A DNA stretch of 64,000 nucleotides from an uncultured delta proteobacterium (GCA_963760795.1 CAVXEP010000015.1:96001-160000); one strand, 5' to 3'. Shown: positions 41,127-51,384, counted from the first letter of the stretch. Notes: generated from the sequence alone by a model not told the origin. Numbers and translations: made by a program.

Positions 41127-42644
41127 TCACTTTATTAACCAGCTACGCTTCACTTTCAGCAGAATCAAGACCAACGTCGCGATCGTCATCGCCCAGGCGA
41201 ACCAGTCGCCGAAGCGGACGTAGTAAGTCGTTTCATCCAAAACATCCACTTCGGTCTGCATGACCGCCGCAGTAAACATCGGCAAGGTTTTGACCAATTC
41301 GCCCTTGGCATTGACCAATGAAGTAACACCGGTGTTGGTGACGCGCAGCAAGCTGCGGCGGGTTTCGATGGCGCGCGATTGCGCCAGACGCAGGTGCTGC
41401 CAAGGTCCCACCGATTTGCCGTACCATGCGTCGTTGGTGAGATTGATCAGAATATTGGCGCGGGTTTCACTGACGAACTTGCGCACCACCTCGGGCAGCA
41501 GATCTTCGTAACAGATGAGCGGCGCCACCCGCACCGCGCGCGGCAAATGAAACACCACCGGACCCGGTCCTGGCGTAAAACCATCGGCCATGGGCAACGC
41601 CGGAATCCATGACAACAATTTTGCGAAGGGCAGATACTCGCCGAAGGCGAGTAATACTTGTTTATGATAGCGGGCGAGAATCCGCCCCTTGACTGTCGGT
41701 AAAAAAAGCGGTGTTGAAGGCTTTGCCGTCGGGCTGCCCGGGATTGCCGCGAAAACTTTTCGCGCCGAAGATGAAGTAGGCGCGGTCCGACTTGAAAGCC
41801 GGCATCACGTCCAACGGCAGCGCCTGCACCCTCTCCGGAATGATCGCCTCGATCGCCGACTCCGGCCAAACCACCAGCGGCACGGCGGGGAGATCGTTGG
41901 TGAGCTGGCGGTGCTGGTCGAGGTTTTTTTGCGCCAGCACTGGATTCCATTTCATGTCGATGTCGACATTTCCCTGGACCACGCCGACTGATAATTTGCG
42001 CGCGCCGGCCATTTCGTCGCCGACACTCTGCAAACGCTGGAAGCCGTAAACCAGGGCAACGACGATCGCTAAACTAGCGTAAGCCAATGGCAGGATTTTC
42101 TTTCTCGGTTCCGCACTGGTGAACAGCGCGTGATAGAGCGCTGCGCTAAACCACATGACGATGAAACCAGTACCATAGGGGCCGACCAGGTCGGCGGTTT
42201 GGATCACCCAGAGAAACGTCACCTGGGAGTTGGCGATATACCACGGGAACAAAAGCGGAAAGAGAAATTCGAGGGGCACCCAAAACAACGCCGGGAAAGA
42301 TCAGCAACGGGCCGAAACCGATGCTACGCACGAGCAGGGCAAAGAGCGCCATCTGAATCCCCTGCAGCGCTGCATACAGCACGAAGACCACGACGCTGAC
42401 GGCGAACGGCAAGCCGCCGAAGACACTGATCGTATAGGTGAGCCAATGGAAGCCGATCAAGTGCGCCACCAGCCCCATCAACCAACCGTACAAGATCGCA
42501 TGCTCGTAGACTTTCGGCGCGATCGATGGCCCAAAACAGCGGCACGAAGGCAAACCAAGCCAACGGGAAAAACCACGGTTCGAGAAACGGCGCGGCAAGC
42601 AACGCCGCGGCGAGCATCGGCAGCAGGATGTTAGGTAATTTCAC
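41127..42644 (-). CDS. lnt: Apolipoprotein N-acyltransferase (several frameshifts)
   Basis: VQGN, WPES, ICYE, TNDAW, RAIE, NTG across consecutive frames. Confidence 0.9.
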
Positions 42645-42671
42645 GGAATCGGATTGCGCTCGTTACAGAGT

Positions 42672-43139
42672 TTAGGGAACCGCGACCGGATGGGTGTCCT
42701 TGCCGTCGAAGGCCGGTGCGTACACCGCCAACACCACCGTCGCTTCGCTCGCGCCGTTGACATACTGATGGGCGACGCCGCGCGGGATGTGAATGACGTC
42801 GCCGGCTTTCAGATCGATGCGCTTGTCGGCCAACACCAGATAGCCTTGGCCGCGCAGCAGGGTCACCGTGCCGTCATGAAGTTTGTGCACATGCAAGATC
42901 TCGCGGTCGCGGATCTGCACGATATGCTGGCTGGCGCTCGCCGAGCGGCCGAGATTGGCGACTTTGATATTCTCCCCAGGCGCCAGTGGATTATCGGCGA
43001 GGATTTTTTCCAGATCGGTCTCGCGGTATTCATCGCCATACTGCAAATAAAAACGCGGCCCGGAAACGCAGGCGGACAAAAGTCCCAAGCCGGCGGCGAG
43101 CAGCAGCGCCAGACTATTTCTTTTCAGACTCAAAATCAT
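42672..43139 (-). CDS. Cupin-domain lipoprotein
   Basis: Lipobox LLSAC; HVHKLH and GD.IHIPRGVAH; start uncertain. Confidence 0.8.
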   Translation of the reverse strand: MILSLKRNSLALLLAAGLGLLSACVSGPRFYLQYGDEYRETDLEKILADNPLAPGENIKVANLGRSASASQHIVQIRDREILHVHKLHDGTVTLLRGQGYLVLADKRIDLKAGDVIHIPRGVAHQYVNGASEATVVLAVYAPAFDGKDTHPVAVP

Positions 43140-43689
43140 AAGCGAGCTCGAGAAACTGCACCAGGATGCGCGCGGTGACGCCCCAAATATCCCAGCCATT
43201 GTTGACATAGAAGTGATAACTCGGATGGCCGCCGGGCGAGAGATGGGCATTTTTCACATAAGTGCCGGGCTCCATCAGCGAGCGAATCGGCACCGAGGCG
43301 ACCGCGCTGGTCTCCGCCAGATCGAGGAGAAAATCGTATTGCGGCGGAATCACGCCGACCACCGGGGTCACGACGATGCCGTAGCCGGCGGTGAATTCGT
43401 CCAGCCGGCCGAGCACCCGTACATGTTCCGGCACGACGCCGATCTCTTCATGGCTTTCGCGCAACGCGGTGGCAACCAGATCGGCGTCCCCCGCATGCAC
43501 CCGCCCGCCGGGAAAGGCGATCTGTCCTTTGTGCGTCGGCATGTTGTCGCCGCGCTTGGTCAGCACGACGTAGTCGCCGTCGGCGCGCTCTTGGATCGCG
43601 ATCAACACCGCCGCCGGCTTGAGGCTGTTACCCGCGACGATCTCCGGCGTCCGCGATATTAAAGCGGAAAAAATTTTGTCGGTAACCAT
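43114..43689 (-). CDS. Nudix CoA pyrophosphatase (NudL-like)
   Basis: AAVL, HKGQIAFPGG, ALRESHEEIG, IWGVTA. Confidence 0.92.
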   Translation of the reverse strand: MVTDKIFSALISRTPEIVAGNSLKPAAVLIAIQERADGDYVVLTKRGDNMPTHKGQIAFPGGRVHAGDADLVATALRESHEEIGVVPEHVRVLGRLDEFTAGYGIVVTPVVGVIPPQYDFLLDLAETSAVASVPIRSLMEPGTYVKNAHLSPGGHPSYHFYVNNGWDIWGVTARILVQFLELAYDFESEKK

Positions 43690-43770
43690 GGGGGAATAAC
43701 TTTTGCCGGATGTGCGATCTGTGATAGATACCGTGGCAATTTAGCCAATCGAAAGGCAAAACACTAGCCC

Positions 43771-44427
43771 GTGACCGAACGTGAAATTCATGCCGCCGTG
43801 CGCATCCTGCGCCGCGAAGTGCCCAAATGGGAAACCCCCGTCGTAACCCTCATGGCGGAGACCTACCAAAGCCCGTTTCGGGTGTTAATCTCGTGCATTC
43901 TGAGTTTGCGCACCCAGGACGCCACCACCGCGAAAGCGTCGCACCGACTGTTCGCCGTCGCCGATTCGCCGCAAGCGATGGTCAAACTGACGGCGAAGAA
44001 AATCGAAAAGCTGATCTACCCGGTGGGCTTTTATAAAACCAAGGCGCGGCAGATTCGCGAAATGTGCCAGACCATCATCGACCGTCACGACGGCAAAGTG
44101 CCCGACGAGATCGACGAGCTGCTCAAGTTCAAGGGCGTCGGGCGCAAGACCGCCAACCTGGTCGTCACCTTGGGCTACAACAAGCCCGGCATCTGCGTCG
44201 ACACCCATGTGCACCGGATTTCCAATCGCTGGGGCTATATCCAAACCGCCACACCGGAGAAAACCGAAGTTGCTCTGCGCGCCAAACTACCGAAGCAATA
44301 CTGGATCGAGTACAACAACTTGCTGGTGAATTTCGGCCAGCATCTGTGCCGGCCGATCTCGCCCATGTGCAGCGACTGTCCGGTGAAAAAATACTGCCCG
44401 CAGTTGGGCGTCGGCGTGAGGCGATAA
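43771..44427 (+). CDS. nth: Endonuclease III
   Basis: HhH GVGRKTAN, VDTHV, C-x6-C-x2-C-x5-C. Confidence 0.95.
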   Translation: MTEREIHAAVRILRREVPKWETPVVTLMAETYQSPFRVLISCILSLRTQDATTAKASHRLFAVADSPQAMVKLTAKKIEKLIYPVGFYKTKARQIREMCQTIIDRHDGKVPDEIDELLKFKGVGRKTANLVVTLGYNKPGICVDTHVHRISNRWGYIQTATPEKTEVALRAKLPKQYWIEYNNLLVNFGQHLCRPISPMCSDCPVKKYCPQLGVGVRR

Positions 44428-44429
44428 CC

Positions 44430-45662
44430 ATGGCGCAAGCGGTTCCCAAAGGCTACTTCGCGAAAAATATTGACGCCGTCGGCTACCATGATTTGAACGG
44501 CAAGCCGGCCTTCAAGTTGGCGATGCAGGAGAAAAATCGCCGCTGGTATCTCTACGTCGCCCACCTTTGGCATCGCGGCTGGAGCATACTCGATGTCACC
44601 GATCCGGCGGCGCCGCAATATTGCACTTCCGTTCCAGGGCCGGAAAATACCTGGACCATTCAGATCCAGGTCGCCGACGGTAAAATGATCGCCGGCCTCG
44701 AACGCATCGCACCCGGCTGGGGCGGCGCTGACGGCCAGCCATCGGCGGAAGGGTTTTTTATTTTCGATGTCAGCGAGCCGACCGAGCCCAGACAGATCGG
44801 CCACTGGAAAACCGGCAGCACCGGCACGCACCGCAACTTCTACGCCGGCGGCAACATGGTTCACGCCGCCGCCGGCGCGCCGGGACTGACAGGGAAAATT
44901 TATCGCAGCATCGACATCGGCGATCCGAGTAATCCACGCGAGGTCGGCCGCTTCTCGTTACCGGAACAGGAGGCTGGCGCCGATACCAAGGGGTTAAAAT
45001 TTTCCTTTCACGGCCCGGCCCATATCGAAGGCGAGCGCGCCTACCTTTCCTACGGCGACGGCGGCGGCATTATCCTCGATGTCAGCGATCTCGCACAGCC
45101 GAAGTTGGTGAGCCAGTTGGCCTTCCGCGGCATCACCGCGACTCAAGGAATTCATACCTACCTGCCGCTGCCACGGCGCAAGCTTGCTGTGATCAATGAC
45201 GAGGCGATTAGGGAGAACGGCGACGAGAATTTGAATCTCGCCGGCATCGTCGACATCAGCGACGAAAAGCGGCCGCGCATGCTGTCGCTCTTTCCCCTGC
45301 CAGAACCGCCACCGGAGAGTGAACTGAAGAATTTCTACGAGAAAGCCGGTCGCTTCGGCCCGCATAACCACCATCACCCGAACCACCAAGCCTGTCTCGA
45401 AGACCGCGACGACGTCGCCTACTTGACCTACTTCAATGCCGGCTTGCGAGTCTACGACATCCGCGACCCACGCCAACCCAAAGAGTTTGGCTATTTCGTC
45501 CCGGCCGATCCAACGAAAAGAATCGGCACCAAGCCGAGTCGACTGGTAGCTCAGTCCGAAGATGTCCTGGTCGACCGCCGCGGCTTCATTTATCTAAGCG
45601 ACAAGACCCATGGGATTCATATCCTACACGTAAACAAATTCTGGCCGTACCGAGACACGTAA
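44430..45662 (+). CDS. LVIVD-repeat beta-propeller protein
   Basis: Repeated ILDV/IFDV/IVDI/VYDI..P motifs; FGPHN, YFNAGLR. Confidence 0.8.
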   Translation: MAQAVPKGYFAKNIDAVGYHDLNGKPAFKLAMQEKNRRWYLYVAHLWHRGWSILDVTDPAAPQYCTSVPGPENTWTIQIQVADGKMIAGLERIAPGWGGADGQPSAEGFFIFDVSEPTEPRQIGHWKTGSTGTHRNFYAGGNMVHAAAGAPGLTGKIYRSIDIGDPSNPREVGRFSLPEQEAGADTKGLKFSFHGPAHIEGERAYLSYGDGGGIILDVSDLAQPKLVSQLAFRGITATQGIHTYLPLPRRKLAVINDEAIRENGDENLNLAGIVDISDEKRPRMLSLFPLPEPPPESELKNFYEKAGRFGPHNHHHPNHQACLEDRDDVAYLTYFNAGLRVYDIRDPRQPKEFGYFVPADPTKRIGTKPSRLVAQSEDVLVDRRGFIYLSDKTHGIHILHVNKFWPYRDT

Positions 45663-45674
45663 ACAGAAACCTCT

Positions 45675-45899
45675 CGTAGATTGGGTTACCAAAGCGCAAC
45701 CTAACATTAGTCTGTCATCACCAGCTGAAACCATGAGGCGGGTTATCGGCCGGCGCCCAGATCCGGTGGACTATCCGAATCGGAACCGTCGGGTTACGCT
45801 GGGCTAACCCGATCTACGGTACTAAAACCGTCACCCATTGAGTCCTTTCAACGATTTGAACGGAGCGCAGCGTTTGAACGGCTTGAACGATTTGAACGG
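45675..45899. repeat. GTAG REP doublet plus 9-nt TTGAACG array
   Basis: cgtagattgggttac ... taacccgatctacg; ttgaacggagcgcagcgtttgaacggcttgaacgatttgaacg. Confidence 0.75.
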
Positions 45900-45910
45900 T
45901 AGTTTTCTTC

Positions 45911-46240
45911 CTAGGGTTTCATCGACTCGGGAAAATATTTTGACGGCGCCCAAACATTGACCGTGAAATTTCGGCAACCTAAAACGCGCAGCTCGCGCAT
46001 GATCCGGATATAATCCGCCGAATCGATGAAATCTCGCCAATTATCCAGCGTTTCGAAATCGATGGTGATCGCCACGTGGGGCGTCACTTCCAGCGGGTTG
46101 CGGTAGTTACGCACTTCGATCACGCCCTTATGGCCCAGGGTGACCGGCAACCAATCGTTCTTCGCCTTGTTGGCGTAAACCGTCAGGTTGGCCTTCTGAT
46201 CGGGCAGATCCCACTGGATGACGAAATGCACCATGGTCAT
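45911..46240 (-). CDS. Small hypothetical protein (possible dimeric alpha/beta barrel)
   Basis: AGGAGG RBS directly after SDR; alternating strand/helix pattern. Confidence 0.65.
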   Translation of the reverse strand: MTMVHFVIQWDLPDQKANLTVYANKAKNDWLPVTLGHKGVIEVRNYRNPLEVTPHVAITIDFETLDNWRDFIDSADYIRIMRELRVLGCRNFTVNVWAPSKYFPESMKP

Positions 46241-46246
46241 GTCCTC

Positions 46247-47038
46247 CTACTGCGTCGCGCGCACGAGGCCGCCATCGATGGCGATGGTCGTACCGGTGAT
46301 GTAGCTGGCGCGGTCAGATCCGAGAAACACGATCAGATCGCCGGCTTCCTCAGGCGTGCCGTAGCGTCCCAACGGTACCTCCGCCGCCATCTCCTGGTTG
46401 ATCTCCTCCAGCGAACGGCCCACGCGGTCGGCGCGCGCCTGGTTCAGCTTCTGCGCGCGATCGGTATCGATGCGGCCGGGGCAAACGTTATTGAACAGAA
46501 TATTGTCGCGGGCTAGTTCCCGTGACAGCGTCTTGGCCCAGCCAATCACCGCGCTGCGCACCGCATTGGACAGTACCAACCCTGCGATCGGTTCTTTGAC
46601 TGAGTAAGAAGTAATGTTGATCACTTTGCCGCCGCCGACTTTGCGCAGATGCGGCACCGCTTCGCGGGTCATGCGCATGGTGCTCATGAAACTGAGATTG
46701 AAAGCATTCTGCCAGTCCTCGTCGGTAAACTTCATGAACTCGCCGGGAGGCGGACCGCCGGCGTTGTTGACCACGACATCGACCCGGCCAAAATGTTTCG
46801 CCGCATCGTCGACGAATTTCTTGATATCCTCCGGCTTGCTCATATCCGCGACGATTGCCAAGACGTCGCCGCCGGTCTGTTTGCGAATTTGTTCCGCGGT
46901 TTCGTTCAACGCCGCTTGGCCGCGGGCGCAGATCGCCACCTTGGCGCCTTCGCGCGCGAAGCCCACCGCCGCCGCCTTGCCCATGCCCTGGCTCGCGCCG
47001 GCGACCAAGGCCACTTTACCTTTGAGTCCGAGATCCAT
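46247..47038 (-). CDS. SDR oxidoreductase
   Basis: GASQGMG, NNAGGP, SNAVR in place of YxxxK, DGG. Confidence 0.92.
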   Translation of the reverse strand: MDLGLKGKVALVAGASQGMGKAAAVGFAREGAKVAICARGQAALNETAEQIRKQTGGDVLAIVADMSKPEDIKKFVDDAAKHFGRVDVVVNNAGGPPPGEFMKFTDEDWQNAFNLSFMSTMRMTREAVPHLRKVGGGKVINITSYSVKEPIAGLVLSNAVRSAVIGWAKTLSRELARDNILFNNVCPGRIDTDRAQKLNQARADRVGRSLEEINQEMAAEVPLGRYGTPEEAGDLIVFLGSDRASYITGTTIAIDGGLVRATQ

Positions 47039-47272
47039 GCGTGCTTTTCCCCCTGGTAATTTTTGAATGTGCCGGATACTAACAAACCTAATGGAAGCGG
47101 TCAAAACAGGTCGTAGCTGGAGGTTGGCTCGGCAGTCCGACAGGTCACGGAGCGTCCGTGCTAACGTCAGCCGTTCAAGTCGTTAGGGGAATGAAGCATA
47201 AGCAGAGAATCGACAGCACAGTGACAGCGTCAATCATGCTGCCGGACGCAGTTCATGGCCTACCTTTTAGTA

Positions 47273-47314
47273 GACCGCCGATTTCCGACCGCCGACCTCT
47301 GATCTCTGACCACT
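47273..47314. repeat. 7-nt CCTCTGA/CCGCCGA repeat arm
   Basis: accgccgatttccgaccgccgacctctgatctctgacc. Confidence 0.7.
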
Positions 47315-47318
47315 AGTC

Positions 47319-47564
47319 TCACTTTTGCGCCCAATAAATATTGTCGCGAAACTGTGGATTGAGCCGCTTGATGTACAGACAGAGCATGCCGTGCACGCCC
47401 AGCTGGCGCAGCTTGCGCGGATCGCCGGCGCGCAGCGCGTCTTTTTCTTCGTTCGATAGCTCATAACCGGTCATGACGCTTTCGAAGTCGGCTGACGCTC
47501 GCTGGTAGATCGCTTCGTTCATCTTGAGATCGAACAACAAACGACTTAAATCATAACAGCTCAC
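47319..47564 (-). CDS. LigA-like extradiol dioxygenase small subunit
   Basis: YELSNEEKDAL..GD..KL..LGVH; downstream of LigB-like gene. Confidence 0.8.
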   Translation of the reverse strand: MSCYDLSRLLFDLKMNEAIYQRASADFESVMTGYELSNEEKDALRAGDPRKLRQLGVHGMLCLYIKRLNPQFRDNIYWAQK

Positions 47565-47591
47565 AAACCCTCCCTGACACCCGGCTCTCGG

Positions 47592-48459
47592 CTAAACTAG
47601 TTTCCAGCTGACAAAGCCCCACCCGGTGGCGACGAAGTCCGGCATGTAGGCGGTAAAGCTCGCCTTGGCATCGCCCACTGCGCCGATCACCACCATCCAG
47701 TTGAGAAACTCGGTATCGCCCGCCTGCAAGAGATCTTGCACTGAATAGTCAACCAAACTGCGGCCTTTCCCCTGGCGCATGACTTCGAGCAGCTTATGAT
47801 CGAAACTCTCGTCGATCTCGCCGATGCGCGGCGAGCCGGGGAAATGGGACAAGCCGCCGGTGGCGAGGATCGCCACGCGCTCTTTTGCGCTATGCGCAAC
47901 TTCACGGATCAGCTCGCCGACCTGATAACAGCGCCGCGGCGATGGCGCCGGGTCGACCCAGGTGTTCACGTAGATCGGTAAGATGGGAATCGTTGGTTGC
48001 GGCAGGAGAAAATGGAGCGGGACATTCTGCGTATGTTGCAACTCGACATGCTCGCCATAGGAAAAGTCGATGCCCTTCTCCATGCCGGCGCGGATGATCG
48101 CTTTGCCCAGTTCCTGGTGATTTTGATAATCGAACTTATGCCGGGTGAACTGCCCCTGCACACGCTCGGCGATGGTGACAAAAAAAGTCGGGATATTGTT
48201 CCAAAAAAAATTGACGAATTGATCGTTGGCAACGACGATCAGCACATCCGGTTTCGCCTGCTCCAGATCGGCGCGCAGCGTTGAAAATGCCAGCCTCCGC
48301 GTCTCGCCGCAGCTTCTTCTGCTGCTCCAGAGTCGGCCGGTTGGCCGAGGCCTGCGGCGCCATGCTGTAGTGCAAGTCCATAAAATCTTCCCACTCTTGA
48401 CCGGGCTCGAGAAGAATATTCGGCGCATGGCTCGCCGCTAAGGCGGAAACTAGGGGCAT
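47592..48459 (-). CDS. LigB-like class III extradiol dioxygenase (frameshift near 48292)
   Basis: SHAP, KPDVLIVVAND, GGLSH, FD, EFLNW. Confidence 0.87.
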
Positions 48460-48633
48460 AGCTCAAACTCCTCCGTGAAGTGAGCGAAATCCTATTCCCC
48501 GACCTGAGTAATTGCAACTATGGAATGGAACTATGGAAGGGCGCCATCGCGAAGAGACTATGAGCTGAGACCAGATGCGGGGCTGAGCGGTCGGTTCTTG
48601 CTCCGACTAATCGCCAGCCCGATGACCAATCGC

Positions 48634-48780
48634 TTAAAGCATCCGATAATTGCGCACGGACACCCAGACCGCAACAAAGACAACGACGAGCGAAACAATC
48701 GGATGATTCAAAACCCACGCGAGCGACGGTTCAAGAGCATGGCGCGAAATCAATTCGAAGTACCGTGATAGAAGATCCAT
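48634..48780 (-). CDS. 48-aa small membrane protein
   Basis: Hand-translated MDLLSRYFELISRHALEPSLAWVLNHPIVSLVVVFVAVWVSVRNYRML; GAGG upstream; one TM. Confidence 0.6.
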   Translation of the reverse strand: MDLLSRYFELISRHALEPSLAWVLNHPIVSLVVVFVAVWVSVRNYRML

Positions 48781-49198
48781 ATAATGCCTCTGTTTGGTTG
48801 GTTTCTGGTTATTCTACAGCAACCGGCGTTTCCGAATACCACAAACTAGCCCGATGCGAATTCCTCAGGTCAATCATTGACGCCGCTGTCATCAATCCGC
48901 CAAGGGCACCGAGCTCAATTTTTTGAAGAGACTCCAGGTGTCGGCCCGGCGAGTGTCCGGCCATGAGAATCTGCCGTATCAACGACATTCACCTTGCTCA
49001 CGGTTCCCGCATGGAAGTAATTTTTGGCAGTTTTAGATCGTTAACGCAGGTTTCCCCCAGTTTTCCGTACAATCTTGGCTCGAAGTTGGACAATTCTGAA
49101 AGCTTTTCCGCCGACTTTCATTCCGTCATGGTCAGGGCAGCCTGCCGTAAATGACGAGATTCGTGAGGATTTAGTCCGTCCGATGACGTTTCGAGAGT

Positions 49199-49215
49199 CT
49201 GGCACCATGGTTGCT
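49199..49215 (+). promoter_or_regulatory. Sigma54-type -24/-12 promoter
   Basis: CTGGCAC-CATGG-TTGCT, exact GG-N10-GC spacing, in non-coding region. Confidence 0.65.
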
Positions 49216-49422
49216 CTATCGTCGGTATGTCAACGCAAACGAAGTATCATCCGATGAAACTTTTACTCGTAACCATGTTTAGGAAAGTTCCCGTGCGCAA
49301 GACCAAGCAGCGTGCCACGTTCTGCAAACAATGCGGCACAAGAATTTATTCGTTGACGTTTCTCAAGGCCCATCTCGAGTCCCATCAACGGAAGCCACAC
49401 TAAACACAAAATGGAGACAAAA

Positions 49423-49615
49423 AATGGATTTTTCAGTGATCCCGTGGAAAATCTTTCTCGACGCCCTGCAGCACCAGCAACCGAGCACGTTGGAACTTTG
49501 GTTGCACCGCTGGCTGTTCACCAACGACGGCGTAATCATGGCGACCACTGCCTGGCAAGAAACAGTGAGCCGAAGGAATAGTGGCACAGCCGATCATGAA
49601 GCTCTTCAAGCGTAA
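49423..49615 (+). CDS. Small hypothetical protein
   Basis: GGAG RBS before MDFSVIPW. Confidence 0.45.
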
Positions 49616-49832
49616 TTCGATCGACGATAGGCGGCGGCCGGTTGCGGCGCGCTGTAACCATCGGCTCGCGGTGATCGTCGATCCCAGCGAACGGGAATTG
49701 ACTGAACTCGAAACCATGCTCGCGCGATGTCCCAACTGCAGCCAATGGCATCCTGGCCAAGGACCGATCATGGCGGTGTTAACCAGCCGCCAAGACTCTA
49801 GCCAGAATAGTTCCAACCATTACATGCTGTGA
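49596..49832 (+). CDS. Small Cys/His-rich hypothetical protein
   Basis: CNH...CPNC; overlaps upstream ORF. Confidence 0.45.
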   Translation: MKLFKRNSIDDRRRPVAARCNHRLAVIVDPSERELTELETMLARCPNCSQWHPGQGPIMAVLTSRQDSSQNSSNHYML

Positions 49833-49871
49833 CCAGACTAGAGGAATCGCCAACCCTAGGAAAGTGTAACC

Positions 49872-50204
49872 ATGGAAGCTTTAAAGGTTGTCCTCCCCAG
49901 CGCCGAAAGCAAACCTTGCGTATGCGGCGCCACAATTTTTCGCACAGACGTAACTAGGCCCAGACACGAACCGATCTGGCTCTGCTCGCGTCACTGCGGC
50001 GCCTACGGGCTCACCTACGAAAGCGCGCTGCGGCGCAAAGTCAGACTGGATCTGTTGAGTTGGGGTAATCTGCGGCGCCATGCACAGAGGCTGATCGCTG
50101 CGGATGAGAAATCCGACGACGAGATTCCTCCGCAGTCCATGACTCTGCGCACCGCACCGGTTTGCGCCACATTGGCAAGCGGTAATCGTTTTGAATCGTG
50201 GTGA
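49872..50204 (+). CDS. Small Cys-rich hypothetical protein (possible Zn ribbon)
   Basis: AGGA RBS; CVCG...CSRHCG. Confidence 0.5.
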   Translation: MEALKVVLPSAESKPCVCGATIFRTDVTRPRHEPIWLCSRHCGAYGLTYESALRRKVRLDLLSWGNLRRHAQRLIAADEKSDDEIPPQSMTLRTAPVCATLASGNRFESW

Positions 50205-50490
50205 AATAGCCGGAGGAAAGATCCTCGGCCTGAGTCCGCCCGCTCGCAACATCAATATAAACCGGGAATTCGCGCCGCTCAGTGCCAACTTGATAAATTG
50301 ATGAGCGCTGACGTCAGTTCAAGCTGAGATTTTTGGCGTTGGTAAAACCTGATATCAACTAGTGCGAACCGTTAGACTGATAAGAAATCCTGTGTTGTAA
50401 ACATCCCTCACACTGCGCCGCGCGCGCTGGACTGTGCGGCGAAATTTGTTGAAAGCAAGAATTGATCGGTTCGGTTTGTTGGCGCTAGAT

Positions 50491-50907
50491 TCAGAAGGCG
50501 CTTGGCTGAAGATGAATATCCCCGCTCTGACCGCTGGCAATACGCAAAATCTTTTGACGCTCAGGACTAATGATGACCGCCGCTTCAGAAACGCCTCCAC
50601 CACAAAAGCTGCTGATCGAAGTAGCCGCTACAACGTGCTCACCAAGGGGAACGAAAATCTCGACCTTTTCTGACGGTGCGAGATCGGCAACTGGCACGGC
50701 ACCGACGAAAACCCGAATGGTGCAAGCCGAACCCATGAAACCACCGTCACGCTTGATAACGAGGCTCCCCGTGTACTGGGCTTCCGCTAACAAGTGCGGT
50801 GCCAGGATTCGCGAGGTCGGCACCTGGGATGCCTGATTAATGGCGATCGGGGAGGTGGCACACCCCATGAACAACAGAGTTACTAATACGGGAAAGGCAC
50901 GCATCAT
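50491..50907 (-). CDS. Lipoprotein (DUF2846-like)
   Basis: Lipobox LFMGC; RDGGFMGSAC; beta-rich. Confidence 0.75.
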   Translation of the reverse strand: MMRAFPVLVTLLFMGCATSPIAINQASQVPTSRILAPHLLAEAQYTGSLVIKRDGGFMGSACTIRVFVGAVPVADLAPSEKVEIFVPLGEHVVAATSISSFCGGGVSEAAVIISPERQKILRIASGQSGDIHLQPSAF

Positions 50908-51245
50908 GCGTCCTGATAATGTGACTGGTCTCGACGGCTTTACAGTATTCATTAGTTTTTTCTCCTCGGCATGTCGCAAGCCGCCACATGCACGGTAGAT
51001 CACTCAGTTGTTAAAGGGTTTCGTGCAACGCAGGTTTAGCGTTTTAGCCGGCCGTGCTGACGATTCCGGCGCGAAGCGTTTAGTTCCACGATGCTACAGT
51101 TCATCACCCTCAAAAAAATACGACACAACCTTTTCTATCTAATATGCCATCACACCACGAATCTATCATAGAACGATATCGGTAGAAGTTACGACAACCC
51201 TACAATTTTTTTTGCGTCTAACAAAGTAATGGCAATGTAGACGGC

Positions 51246-51275
51246 AAAAACGAACTTCCGCGACTAGAGCGGAAG
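51246..51275 (-). terminator. Putative intrinsic terminator downstream of the tRNA 3' fragment
   Basis: Minus strand CTTCCGC-7nt-GCGGAAG followed by TTCGTTTTT. Confidence 0.5.
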
Positions 51276-51303
51276 ACGTAACGGATTGGATTTTAAGAGG
51301 TAA

Positions 51304-51329
51304 AAATGTGGCCAGGGACGGAATCGAAC
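51304..51329. repeat. att direct repeat (tRNA-Phe 3' end copy)
   Basis: aaatgtggccagggacggaatcgaac identical to 53169-53194. Confidence 0.92.
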
Positions 51330-51384
51330 AATGGACACGGGGCCTAAAATTAGTATCAAGATATGGATCGACTGAAAATAGCCG

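Noticed and set aside
44064-44429. N-terminal extension of the LVIVD ORF
   Set aside because: Alternate frame over nth; the plausible start is ATG 44430.
49303-49318. Second, minus-strand sigma54 site
   Set aside because: TGGCACG-CTGC-TTGG lacks the conserved -12 GC.
50400-50490. Integron attC site after the lipoprotein
   Set aside because: No proper RYYYAAC/GTTRRRY pair with complementary arms, and no integron-integrase features recognised.
51304-51340. Second tRNA-Phe gene
   Set aside because: Only the 3' acceptor and T-arm portion is present; no anticodon or D arm.
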